Shown one piece after another: positions 25,790 to 38,758 of a DNA stretch of 64,000 nt. Position numbers and translations under genes: made by a program. The notes beneath the pieces were generated by a model. The model did no database searches, had not been told where the DNA came from, and was given only the letters and a program-made list of their open reading frames with translations. The stretch covers positions 6,183,858 through 6,247,857 of the forward strand of contig NC_081395.1 of assembly GCF_030684315.1 (NCBI RefSeq). The letters run 5' to 3'. The stretch comes from Stegostoma tigrinum (Eukaryota). The number at the start of each line of letters is the position of its first letter. Position 1 is the first letter of the stretch.

Positions 25790-28700
25790 TTGGATTCCCT
25801 ACCGTCCCTTGGAGCACCCCACCCAAACCCATTCCCCTCTAACCCGCACATCCCTGGACACTATGGGACAATTTAGCACGGCCAACCCACCCTAACCCGC
25901 ACATCCCTGGGCACTATGCGACAATTTAGCACGGCCAACCCACCCTAACCTGCACATCCCTGGGCACTACGGGACAATTTAGCACGGCCAACCCACCCTA
26001 ACCCGCACATCCCTGGGCACTATGCGACAATTTAGCACGGCCAACCCACCCTAACCTGCACATCCCTGGGCACTATGGGACAATTTAGCACGGCCAATCC
26101 ACCCTAACCCGCACATCCCTGGGCACTATGCGACAATTTAGCACGGCCAACCCACCCTAACCTGCACATCCCTGGGCACTATGGGACAATTTAGCACGGC
26201 CAATCCACCCTAACCCGCACATCCCTGGGCACTATGCGACAATTTAGCACGGCCAATCCACCCTAACCTGCACATCCCTGGGCACTACAGGACAATTTAG
26301 CACGGCCAATCCACCCTAACCTGCACATCCCTGGGCACTATGGGACAATTTAGCACGGCCAATCCACCCTAACCTGCACATCCCTGGACACTACAGGACA
26401 ATTTAGCACGGCCAATCCACCCTAACCTGCACATCCCTGGGCACTATGGGACAATTTAGCACGGCCAACCCACCCTAACCTGCACATCCCTGGGCACTAT
26501 GGGACAATTTAGCATGGCCAATCCACCCTAACCCGCACATCCCTGGGCACTATGGGACAATTTAGCACGGCCAATCCACCCTAACCCGCACATCCCTGGG
26601 CACTATGGGACAATTTAGCACGGCCAACCCACCCTAACCTGCACATCCCTGGACACTATGGGACAATTTAGCACGGCCAATCCACCCTAACCTGCACATC
26701 CCTGGACACTATGGGACAATTTAGCACGGCCAATCCACCCTAACCCGCACATCCCTGGGCACTATGGGACAATTTAGCACGGCCAATCCACCCTAACCTG
26801 CACACCCCTGGGCACTATGGGACAATTTAGCACAGCCAATCCCACCCTAACCTGCACATCCCTGGACACTACAGGACAATTTAGCACGGCCAATCCACCC
26901 TAACCCGCACATCCCTGGGCACTATGGGACAATTTAGCACGGCCAATCCCACCCTAACCTGCACATCCCTGGGCACTATGGGACAATTTAGCACGGCCAA
27001 TCCACCCTAACCCGCACATCCCTGGACACTATGGGACAATTTAGCACGGCCAATCCACCCTAACCCGCACATCCCTGGACACTATGCGACAATTTAGCAC
27101 GGCCAATCCACCCTAACCTGCACATCCCTGGACACTACAGGACAATTTAGCACGGCCAATCCACCCTAACCTGCACATCCCTGGACACTATGGGACAATT
27201 TAGCACGGCCAACCCACCCTAACCTGCACATCCCTGGGCACTATGGGACAATTTAGCACGGCCAATCCACCCTAACCCGCACATCCCTGGGCACTATGCG
27301 ACAATTTAGCACGGCCAATCCACCCTAACCTGCACATCCCTGGGCACTATGGGACAATTTAGCACGGCCAACCCACCCTAATCTGCACATCCCTGGGCAC
27401 TACGGGACAATTTAGCACGGCCAATCCACCCTAACCCGCACATCCCTGGGCACTATGGGACAATTTAGCACGGCCAATCCACCCTAACCCGCACATCCCT
27501 GGGCACTATGGGACAATTTAGCATGGCCAATCCACCCTAACCTGCACATCCCTGGGCACTATGGGACAATTTAACACGGCCAATCCACCCTAACCCACAC
27601 ATCCCTGGGCACTATGGGACAATTTAGCACGGCCAACCCACCCTAACCTGCACATCCCTGGGCACTATGGGACAATTTAGCACGGCCAACCCACCCTAAC
27701 CACCACATCCCTGGGCTCTATGGGACAATTTAGCACGGCCAATCCACCCTAACCTGCACATCCCTGGGCACTATGGGACAATTTAGCACGGCCAATCCCA
27801 CCCTAACCTGCACATCCCTGGGCACTATGGGACAATTTAGCATGGCCAATCCACCCTAACCCGCACATCCCTGGGCACTATGGGACAATTTAGCACGGCC
27901 AATCCACCCTAACCCGCACATCCCTGGGCACTATGGGGGCAATTTAGCACGGCCAATCCACCCTAACCTGCACATCCCTGGACACTATGGGACAATTTAG
28001 CACGGCCAATCCACCCTAACCCGCACATCCCTGGGCACTATGGGACAATTTAGCATGGCCAATCCACCCTAACCTGCACATCCCTGGGCACTATGGGACA
28101 ACTTAGCACGGCCAATCCACCCTAACCCGCACATCCCTGGGCACTATGGGACAATTTAGCACGGCCAATCCACCCTAACCCACACATCCCTGGGCACTAT
28201 GGGACAATTTAGCACGGCCAATCCACCCTAACCCGCACATCCCTGGGCACTATGGGACAATTTAGCACGGCCAATCCACCCTAACCCGCACATCCCTGGG
28301 CACTATGGGACAATTTAGCACGGCCAATCCCACCCTAACCTGCACATCCCTGGGCACTATGGGACAATTTAGCATGGCCAATCCACCCTAACCCGCACAT
28401 CCCTGGGCACTATGGGACAATTTAGCACGGCCAATCCACCCTAACCTGCACATCCCTGGGCACTACGGGACAATTTAGCACGGCCAATCCACCCTAACCT
28501 GCACATCCCTGGGCACTATGGGACAATTTAGCACGGCCAATCCACCTTAACCTGCACATCCCTGGACACTATGGGACAATTTAGCACGGCCAATCCACCC
28601 TAACCTGCACATCCCTGGACACTATGGGACAATTTAGCACGGCCAACCCACCCTAATCTGCACATCCCTGGGCACTACGGGACAATTTAGCACGGCCAAT

Positions 28701-31700
28701 CCACCCTAACCTGCACATCCCTGGACACTATGGGACAATTTAGCACGGCCAACCCACCCTAATCTGCACATCCCTGGGCACTACGGGACAATTTAGCACG
28801 GCCAATCCACCCTAACCTGCACATCCCTGGGCACTATGGGACAATTTAACACGGCCAATCCACCCTAACCTGCACATCCCTGGACACTATGGGACAATTT
28901 AGCACGGCCAATCCACCCTAACCCACACATCCCTGGGCACTATGGGACAATTTAGCACGGCCAACCCACCCTAACCTGCACATCCCTGGGCACTATGGGA
29001 CAATTTAGCACGGCCAACCCACCCTAACCACCACATCCCTGGGCTCTATGGGACAATTTAGCACGGCCAATCCACCCTAACCTGCACATCCCTGGGCACT
29101 ATGGGACAATTTAGCACAGCCAATCCACCCTAACCCGCACATCCCTGGGCACTACGGGACAATTTAGCACGGCCAATACACCCTAACCCGCACATCCCTG
29201 GGCACTATGGGACAATTTAGCACGGCCAATCCACCCTAACCCGCACATCCCTGGGCACTATGGGACAATTTAGCACGGCCAATCCCACCCTAACCCGCAC
29301 ATCCCTGGGCACTATGGGACAATTTAGCACGGCCGATCCACCCTAACCCGCACATCCCTGGGCACTATGGGGCAATTTAGCACGGCCAATCCACCCTAAC
29401 CCGCACATCCCTGGGCACTATGGGACAATTTAGCACGGCCAATCCACCCTAACCCGCACATCCCTGGGCACTATGGGACAATTTAGCACAGCCAATCCAC
29501 CCTAACCCGCACATCCCTGGGCACTATGGGACAATTTAGCACGGCCAGTCCACCCTAACCTGCACATCCCTGGGCACTATGGGACAATTTAGCACAGCCA
29601 ATCCACCCTAACCCGCACATCCCTGGGCACTATGGGACAATTTAGCACGGCCAATCCACCCTAACCCGCACATCCCTGGGCACTATGGGACAATTTAGCA
29701 CAGCCAATCCACCCTAACCTGCACATCCCTGGACACTATGGGACAATTTAGCACGGCCAATCCACCCTAACCCGCACATCCCTGGACACTATGGGACAAT
29801 TTAGCACGGCCAACCCACCCTAACCCGCACATCCCTGGACACTATGGGACAATTTAGCACAGCCAATCCACCCTAACCCACACATCCCTGGACACTATGG
29901 GACAATTTAGCACGGCCAATCCACCCTAACCCGCACATCCCTGGACACTATGGGACAATTTAGCACAGCCAATCCACCCTAACCCCCACATCCCTGGGCA
30001 CTATGGGACAATTTAACACGGCCAATCCACCCTAACCCCCACATCCCTGGGCACTATGGGACAATTTAGCACGGCCAATCCACCCTAACCCACACATCCC
30101 TGGGCACTATGGGACAATTTAGCACGGCCAATCCACCCTAACCCACACATCCCTGGGCACTATGGGACAATTTAGCACGGCCAGTCCCACCCTAACCCAC
30201 ACATCCCTGGGCACTATGGGGCAATTTAGCACGGCCAATCCACCCTAACCTGCACATCCCTGGACACTATGGGACAATTTAGCACGGCCAATCCACCCTA
30301 ACCCGCACATCCCTGGGCACTATGGGACAATTTAGCACGGCCAATCCACCCTAACCCGCACATCCCTGGGCACTATGGGACAATTTAGCACGGCCAATCC
30401 ACCCTAACCCGCACATCCCTGGGCACTATGGGACAATTTAGCACGGCCAATCCACCCTAACCTGCACATCCCTGGGCACTATGGGACAATTTAGCACGGC
30501 CAATCCACCCTAACCTGCACATCCCTGGGCACTATGGGACAATTTAGCACGGCCAACCCACCCTAACCTGCACATCCCTGGGCACTATGGGACAATTTAG
30601 CACGGCCAACCCACCCTAACCTGCACATCCCTGGGCACTATGGGACAATTTAGCACGGCCAACCCACCCTAACCTGCACATCCCTGGGCACTATGGGACA
30701 ATTTAGCACGGCCAATCCACCCTAACCCGCACATCCCTGGGCAATATGGGACAATTTAGCACGGCCAACCCACCCTAACCTGCACATCCCTGGGCACTAT
30801 GGGACAATTTAGCACGGCCGATCCACCCTAACCTGCACATCCCTGGACACTATGGGACAATTTAGCACGGCCAATCCACTCTAACCCGCACATCCCTGGG
30901 CACTATGGGACAATTTAGCACGGCCAACCCACCCTAACCCGCACATCCCTGGGCACTATGGGACAATTTAGCACGGCCAATCCACCCTAACCCGCACATC
31001 CCTGGACACTATGGGACAATTTAGCACGGCCAATCCACCCTAACCTGCACATCCCTGGGCACTATGGGACAATTTAGCACGGCCGATCCACCCTAACCTG
31101 CACATCCCTGGGCACTATGGGACAATTTAGCATGGCCAACCCACCCTAACCCGCACATCCCTGGGCACTATGGGACAATTTAGCACGGCCAATCCACCCT
31201 AACCTGCACATCCCTGGACACTATGGGACAGTTTAGCACGGCCAATCCACCCTAACCCACACATCCCTGGGCACTATGGGACAATTTAGCACGGCCAGTC
31301 CCACCCTAACCCACACATCCCTGGGCACTATGGGGCAATTTAGCACGGCCAATCCACCCTAACCGACACATCCCTGGGCACTATGGGACAATATAGCACG
31401 GCCAATCCACCCTAACCCACACATCCCTGGGCACTATGGGACAATTTAGCACGGCCAACCCACCCTAACCCGCACATCCCTGGGCACTATGGGACAATTT
31501 AGCACGGCCAATCCACCCTAACCCGCACATCCCTGGGCACTATGGGACAATTTAGCACGGCCAACCCACCCTAACCCGCACATCCCTGGGCACTATGGGA
31601 CAATTTAGCACGGCCAATCCACCCTAACCCACACATCCCGGGGCACTATGGGACAATTTAGCATGGCCAATCCACCCTAACCCGCACATCCCTGGGCACT

Positions 31701-32412
31701 ATGGGACAATTTAGCACGGCCAATCCACCCTAACCCACACATCCCTGGGCACTATGGGACAATTTAGCATGGCCAATACACCCTAACCCACACATCCCTG
31801 GGCACTACGGGACAATTTAGCACGGCCATCCCACCCTAACCTGCACATCCCTGGGTACTATGGGACAATTTAGCACAGCCAATCCACCCTAACCTGCACC
31901 TCCCTGGACACTATGGGACAATTTAGCACGGCCAATCCACCCTAACCCGCACATCCCTGGGCACTATAGGACTATTTAGCATGGCCAATCCACCCTAACC
32001 CGCACATCCCTGGGCACTATAGGACAATTTAGCACGGCCAATCCACCCTAACCCGCACATCCCTGGGCACTATAGGACAATTTAGCACGGCCAATCCACC
32101 CTAACCCGCACATCCCTGGGCACTATAGGACAATTTAGCATGGCCAATCCACCCTAACCCGCACATCCCTGGGCACTATAGGACAATTTATCACGGCCAA
32201 TCCACCCTAACCTGCACATCCCTGGGCACTATGGGACAATTTAGCACGGCCAATCCACCCTAACCCACACATCTTTGGGCGGTGGGAGGAAATCCGCACA
32301 GACACGGGGAGAATGTGCAAACTCCACACAGACAGTTGCCTGAGGCTGGAATCGAACCCGGGTCCCTGGCGCTGTGAGGCTGCAGTGCTAACCGCTGAGC
32401 CACCGAGCCGCC
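25790..32412 (-). mobile_element. Single HE1/V-SINE hosting the 6.4-kb array
   Basis: SINE head at 32274-32412 (A-box 32392-32402, perfect B-box GGTTCGATTCC 32348-32358) and SINE tail at about 25790-25837. Confidence 0.88.
25838..32273 (-). repeat. 53-bp tandem array, about 121 copies (CCCTAACCTGCACATCCCTGGGCACTATGGGACAATTTAGCACGGCCAATCCA)
   Basis: Strict 53-bp period; the unit equals an internal HE1 SINE segment. Confidence 0.97.
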
Positions 32413-32649
32413 CTGTGTTTGTTGGGGCTGGGGGTGTGTGGAGGTGACATCCTCCCACACACCACATACACTCTCTTTCCCAAACAGTGGAGGATGTGGG
32501 AGCCAGTTGTCAATTTTAAATCTGGGATAAATTATTTCCTTATTGAGAAATTTATTTAAGACTTTTATTTCCCTTTTATTCAGAGATCTGGGCCAAGCTT
32601 GATGGGCTGAATAGTCTACATTTCTTCCTATGACTGGCCCCATCCCCAA

Positions 32650-33025
32650 CTCATAGAATGCCTACAGTGCAGGTAGCGGTCATTTGGCCCAGCCTGGGCC
32701 CCTGAAGGGCATCCCACCGCGCACACTACAGCATAGCTAATCTACCCTAGCTTGCACACCTTTGGTCTGGTGGAAGCTCTTAGATGAAACACACGGGAGA
32801 ATGTGCAAAACTCCCTCACAGGCTTCTGAAGAAGGGTCCAGAACCAAAACATCAGCTTTCCTGCTCCTCGGCCTGCTGTGTTCACCCAGCTCTACACCTT
32901 GTTGTCTCAGGTTCTCCAGCATCAGCAGCTCCTACTATCTCCCTCACAGACAGGTGTCCAAAGCTGGAATTGAACCCAGAGCACTGTGAGGCAGTACCTG
33001 CTAACCACGGAGCCACCATGCTGCC
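32650..33025 (-). mobile_element. HE1 SINE interrupted by a Penelope terminal fragment
   Basis: The SINE core is split at about 32820-32945. Confidence 0.7.
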
Positions 33026-33624
33026 CTGCACTGCCCTAGGGTATCCTGTGGGGATATAACAGTCCTGGGCGCTCACACAACAGTGGGAAAGACACAAAGT
33101 AGGATACTGAATGGTCTCAGAGGAACTGGAGGAACACAGCAAATCATTCAGCATTGGAGGAGCAGGAAAGTGGACGTTTTGGGTTGGGACCCTTGATCAG
33201 ATCCTGGCTGAATGGTGTCCTTTCTGCTAACCCATTGTTATTTTGTGTCCCCATCCAAGAGGTGAGGTTGTGCTGCACACAGAGAGGTGTTAACTGCTTA
33301 GTGCCAAAGGAAACATTCTGAGTAGGAGGACTGTCCATGTTGTTTGGGCAGTGTATTCTCAAGGGATGCCGTTATAATTTTTTAAAACCAGATATGACTC
33401 AGCTCCAGGGCAGACGAGTCTTCAAATTAGGCCTCCTGGCTCAGAAGCACAGTATTTACTAATGTGTCACAACCTCCCTCCTCTGTCAAAATCTGCACAT
33501 CACAGTTTGATTTATTTATGTAAACCGTCACACTGCAGTTGCAGGCTGCAGCCACCGGGTGGTGTGGTGGAGCAGCACTCCCCTCAATCTGCTGCAGTCT
33601 TTGAGAGGATGAGAATATTCACAG

Positions 33625-35050
33625 GAGATAGTAGGGGCTGCAGATGCTGCAGAATCTGAGATAACACGGTGTAGAGCTGGATGAACACAGCAGGCCAAAC
33701 AGCTTCAGAGGAGCAGGAAAGCTGACGTTTCAGGTCGAGACCCTTCATCAGAAATGGGGGAGGGGAAAGGGATTCTGAAATAAATAGGGAAGGGGATGAG
33801 ATGGACTGAAGATGGATAGAGGAGAAGATAGGTGGAGAGGAGAGTATGGATGGGGAGGTAGAGAGGGGATAGGTCAGTCTGGGGAGGACAGATGGGGCAA
33901 GGGGGCGGGATGAGGTTAGTAGGTGGGAAATGGGGGTGCAGCTTGAGGTGGGAGAAGGGGATAGGTGAGAAGAAGAACAGGTTAGGGAGGCGGGAATGAG
34001 CTGGGCTGGTTTTGGGATGCAGCGGGGGAAGGGGAGATTTTGAAGCTTGTGAAGTCCACATTGATACCATTGGGCTGCAGGGTTCCCAGGCGGAATATGA
34101 GTTGCTGTTCCTGCAACCGTCGGGTGGCATCATTGTGGCAGTGCAGGAGGCCCATGATGGACATGTCATCTAGAGAATGGGAGGGGGAGTGGAAATGGTT
34201 TGCGACTGGGAGGTGCAGTTGTTTGTTGCGAACTGAGCGGAGGTGTTCTGCAAAGCGGTCCCCAAGCCTCCGCTTGGTTTCCCCAATGTAGAGGGAGCCA
34301 CACCGGGTACAGTGGATGCAGTATACCACATTGGCAGATGTGCAGGTGAACCTCTGCTTGATGTGGAATGTCATCTTGGGGCCTGGGATAGGGGTGAGGG
34401 AGGAGGTGTGGGGGCAAGTGTAGCATTTCCTGCGGTTGCAGGGGAAGGTGCCGGGTTGTGGTGGGGTTGGAGGGGAGTGTGGAGCGGACAAGGGAGTCAT
34501 GGAGAGAGTGATCCCTTCGGAATGCAGACAGGGGTGGGGATGGAAAAATGTCATTGGTGGTGGGGTCGGATTGTAGATGGCAGAAGTGTCGGAGGATGAT
34601 GCGTTGGATCCGGAAGTTGGTGGGATGGTATGTGAGGACGAGGGAGATTCTGTTTTGGTTGTTATTGTGGGGACGGGGTGTGAGGGATGACTTGTGGGAA
34701 ATGAGGGAGACACGGTTGAGGGTGTTCTCAACCACTGTGGGGGTATGTTGCAGTCCTTGAAAAACGAGGACATCTGAGATGTTCGGGAGTGGAATGCCTC
34801 ATCCTGGCAGCAGATGCAGCGGAGGCGAAGGAATTGGGAATAGGGGATAGTATTTTTGCAGGAGGGTGGGTTGGAGGAGGTGTATTCTAGGTAGCCGTGG
34901 GAGTCAGTGGGCTTGAAATGGACATCAGTTTCTAGGTGGTTGCCTGAGATGGAGACAGGGAGGTCCAGGAAGGAGAGAGAGGTATTAGAGATGGTCCAGG
35001 TGAACTTAAAGTTGGGGTGGGAGGTGTTAATGAAGGTGTTGGTGAATATT
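33625..35050 (-). mobile_element. 5'-truncated, frameshifted Penelope-like retroelement (RT C-terminus plus GIY-YIG endonuclease)
   Basis: NVVYCIHCTRCGSLYIGETKRRLGDRFAEH...EQQLIFRLGTLQPNGINVDF is a GIY-YIG domain. The upstream linker RISLVLTYHP..AFRRDHSLHDSLVRS is in another frame, with frameshifts near 34455 and 34740. Confidence 0.92.
33724..33751 (-). ncRNA. Minimal hammerhead-ribozyme-like motif in the Penelope terminus
   Basis: CTGATGA-AGGGTCTCGACCT-GAAACGTC shows both core boxes, stem II and an ACGT palindrome in place of stem III. Stem I is weak. Confidence 0.5.
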
Positions 35051-35375
35051 CACTACCTGTTATTATGTTGGGAACGGGGAGGTATCAGCAGTTGGATTGG
35101 AAGGGGCAGAATGGAAGTACAAGGCTATAGGAAACTGCACAGGAAGGTCCCAGCTTTGCAACCAGAATCTTATCAGCAGTATTAGGCTGTTAGTGACAAG
35201 ATGCTGCATCATTCAAGCAGAATCACAACTGGTAAAGAAATGTAGGAAGCGATAGACTACAACTCCCCACAATCCACTCCTCTCCAAAATGACTAACTTA
35301 CTCCCACCTCACAGACAGAGAGTTCTTGGGAATTTCTGCTTCCTCATCCAGGCTCACAATCCTTGTCCAGAGGGA

Positions 35376-35920
35376 ATGCCGCACTGTCGGAGGATCAGCG
35401 CTGAGGGAGCGGGCACTGTCGGAGGGTCAGCGCTGAGGGAGCGGGCACTGTCGGAGGGTCAGTGCTGAGGGAGCGGGCACTGTCGGAGGGTCCGTGCTGA
35501 GGGAGCGCCGCACTGTCGGAGAGTCAGTGCTGAGGGAGTGGGCACTGTCGGAGGGTCAGTGCTGAGGGAGTGGGCACTGTCGGAGGGTCAGTGCTGAGGG
35601 AGGGGGCACTGTCGGAGAGTCAGTGCTGAGGGAGCGGGCACTGTCAGAGGGTCAGTGCTGAGGGAGTGCTGCACTGTCGGAGGGTCCGTGCTGAGGGAGC
35701 GCCGCACTGTCGGAGAGTCAGTGCTGAGGGAGCGGGCACTGTTGGAGGGTCCGTGCTGAGGGAGCGGGCACTGTCGGAGGGTCAGTGCTGAGGGAGTGCT
35801 GCACTGTCGGAGGGTCTGTGCTGAGGGAGCGGGCACTGTCGGAGAGTCAGTGCTGAGGGAGTGGGCACTGTCGGAGGGTCAGTGCTGAGGGAGTGGGCAC
35901 TGTCGGAGGGTCAGTGCTCA
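35376..35920 (+). repeat. 32-bp minisatellite, same family as 1970-2395, about 17 copies
   Basis: Direct periodicity. Confidence 0.93.
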
Positions 35921-36227
35921 GGTGCTGCGTAAAAAGAGTAGGGGAGATGCTGGGGCTACAATTTGGGTATATCTTCCTCGCAGGACAGGCTGAATGGCCG
36001 CTTCCCTACTGTGAGCCCCACATTCTACAGGAAACCACACCATCATCACACCAGATCCTTCAACGAACTTCTAGTTGACCTTCAATGAAATGTAACAAAT
36101 TAACTAAAACCGTAAGACGTGTGGAAGTCAGAAACAGAAATTGCTGGAAAAACTCAGCAGGTCTGGCAGCATCTGTGTAGAGAAAGCAGAGTTAGCATTT
36201 CGTGTCCAGTGGCCATTCCTCAGAATT

Positions 36228-36615
36228 TTGAGGAAAGGCTGAGAGAGCTAGGGCTTTTCTCTTTAGAGCAACGAAGGATGAGAGGTGACTTGGTAGAGGT
36301 GTACAAAATGATCCGAGGTGTAGATAGAGTGGACAGCAAGACACTTTTTCTGAGGGTGGAGGTAGCTATTACGAGGGGGCATGGTTTTAAAGTGAATGGG
36401 GGCAGATATAGGGGAGACGTCAGAGGTAGGTTCTTTACTCAGAGAATGGTCAGGGTGTGGAATGCATTGCCGGAGAGGGTAGTGGAGTCGGCCTCATTAG
36501 GGGCATTAAAGTGGCTATTAGATAGGCATAAGGATGATAGTATAAGGTAGAGGTGGGGGTCTGATAGACCTTAGGTTTGGAGTGAAAGTTCGGCACAACA
36601 TCGTTTCTATGTTCT
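36228..36615 (+). mobile_element. CR1 LINE 3' end flanked by Penelope-type terminal sequence (36120-36227, 36616-36655)
   Basis: FEERLRELGLFSLEQRRMRGDLVEVYK...FFTQRMVRVWNALP, with a TTCTATG tail. Confidence 0.88.
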
Positions 36616-36920
36616 GCCAAATCCACTGAGCTTTTCCAGCCATTTCTGTTTTTGTAAATAAATTAATTACTTGAAACAAGACTAATTGGTAAACGCCCCT
36701 TAAAGCAAGACTGATCGACCTGAAACAATACTCCAGCAGAAACTAATGGCTTAAGTAAATCTTATTGTCGATGCCCGACTGTTTAACTGGTTAATTTAGA
36801 GTGAAGATTGGGGTTGCTTGGACGGGATGTTAAAACACGCGGGCTGGTGGCTGAGGAGGGGCAACGAAAGCATTTTTGTTCCCTGTTGGGAAGGGAGAAA
36901 AGTTTCTTTTGGAGAAAGGC

Positions 36921-36978
36921 ATGGCTCCCTCAGAGAGGACCCTGGATTGTAGACCCTTCAAGGAGAGGCGTAGTTTGG
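36921..36978 (+). CDS. MAP1LC3C: MAP1LC3C-like (ATG8 family), exon 1
   Basis: ggcATGG Kozak; MAPSERTLDCRPFKERRSL G|gtgagg, 58 nt. Confidence 0.88.
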
Positions 36979-37186
36979 GTGAGGGGTTTTATTCTTTTTA
37001 GGAAAATCTTCCTTATCATGAAATGCACGCGTCAATTCCACTCTATTTCCAATCTGTTTTTAAATCTAGTTCTAAACGCCTTTTGTTTAAACTTGCTTCT
37101 CTTTTCAGTCACTTCAGAATTTTGTTTAGAAATCAAATTATTCACGTTTGTTTGTTTTTTTTGTTGTTTATTTTGTTTTGCTTAAG

Positions 37187-37242
37187 CTTTCAGGAGAAGT
37201 GAAGTAATTAACATCCGCAGGAAGTACCCCAACAAGCTACCG
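37187..37242 (+). CDS. MAP1LC3C: MAP1LC3C-like, exon 2
   Basis: cttaag|CT...CCG|gtcagt, 56 nt; AFRRSEVINIRRKYPNKLP. Confidence 0.9.
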
Positions 37243-38651
37243 GTCAGTCAAAAAGCTTTTATTATTGTTATTTAAAATGTTGAGAGGTGGAAGGGGGGGC
37301 GGTTAGTGTGCCAGGAAACGGTGTACAGCTGCAATGTGATCCTCCTTGCTTTTTCTTAGTTTAAATCCCTTCCCTTCTGCAAATGTGAAAAGAATAATCG
37401 ATTAAGTCTACCCTCTGTGCACGACTCTAAACCTGTTAGGTCCTCACTACAGAGAACTTGTTAACGCCATGACGTTTGCTTGTTTTTAATATGTAACTTT
37501 GCACCAGCCAGAACACGCTACACTCGGATAAGTGCGTATTTACTAGGACGATACTCTTCCCGGATAACAATCTTTCCTGTGTTTTTATTCAACACCAGGG
37601 TATTAGAATTTAAACATCAAGTGAATAACCAAATCTGCTTGTATTTAAAAACTCCAGGACTTATTAAAGCTAATGTTTGCCTTGTTTCTAGCACCACCAC
37701 CCCCGCCCCCCCAAAAGAAACTGGGAACTGTCACCTTCTGAGGTGTTCCGTACAATGCCTTGAGAAATAAACAGATCCCTCAGGGAGAGACTTAGTCAAA
37801 ATTCCACTTACGGAATGAGTCAGTAATAAACCTGGAACATATTAAAGTTAGAGCCACAATGACTTGATTTTCAAACCTCTTTTGGGTCACCTAATGCCCC
37901 CCCTTTCCTTTTAAGGGAAGGAAATCTGCCATCATTATTTGCGATTCCAAACCTACAACCTGATCCAACTTTTTGCCCTTGAAACGAATCATTTTCAGTT
38001 CAAGTAACGAATGTGGTTTGGGACAGTGTTTTAATGCGCCCAGAGGAGGTGCTGCTGAGCTGCCTTCACGGTATCATTCCACGGTGTTCCAGGATTTTGT
38101 CCCAGTGAGGCTGGATTCCTGTTCCCAAGTCAGGACGGTGCATGGCTCAGAGGGGAATGCACAGGGGATGGATTCTGTAGATGGTAGAGCTTATAGGTTT
38201 GGAAGGTGCTATCTAAGGAGTTTTGAGATCTTACAATGCATCTTTTGTAGGTGGTATGTAATACTGAGTGCCAACTTGGGGGGCTGCTTTGTCCTGGATG
38301 GTATTGAGTTTCTTGAGTGTTGGGGCTGCCCCCATCCAGGGGCAAGTGGGGAGTATTCCATCCCACCCTTGCCTTGCAACGGACAGGTTTTGGGGAGTCA
38401 AGAGATCGGTTACTCATGGCAGGATTCCCAACTTCTGACTGGCTCTTGTGGCCAGGATACTGAAAAGCTGGTCAAGTGACCTCTTTCCCCCAGAATAGTA
38501 GTGGATTCCAGTTTTTCCTATCCATTTGGCTAATCCTACAGGAGGTGGAATGGGAGTAAATGGGGATTTTTGGCCCCTGCAGATAGAGTTGGCATTTAGT
38601 GACTGTTCATGGCATTTTGAATGTGTGTATCCTGATATCTCTATCTCTCAG

Positions 38652-38758
38652 GTGATTGTGGAACGATACCCAAAGGAGCGATCCCTACCTCATTTGGACA
38701 GGTCAAAATACCTTGTACCTCTGGAACTCAGCCTATGTCAGTTCATGATCATTATCAG
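38652..38758 (+). CDS. MAP1LC3C: MAP1LC3C-like, exon 3
   Basis: ctctcag|GTG...AG|gtaca, 107 nt; VIVERYPKERSLPHLDRSKYLVPLELSLCQFMIIIR. Confidence 0.93.

Noticed and set aside
25838-32273. CRISPR array or true interstitial telomere
   Set aside because: The units are contiguous with no unique spacers and no cas genes, in vertebrate DNA. TTAGGG occurs once per 53 bp and derives from the SINE.
35198-35235. FKQ-containing segment as LC3 exon 1
   Set aside because: Wrong splice phase. The segment 36921-36978 fits much better, with an ATG, RPFKERRSL and a phase-1 donor.
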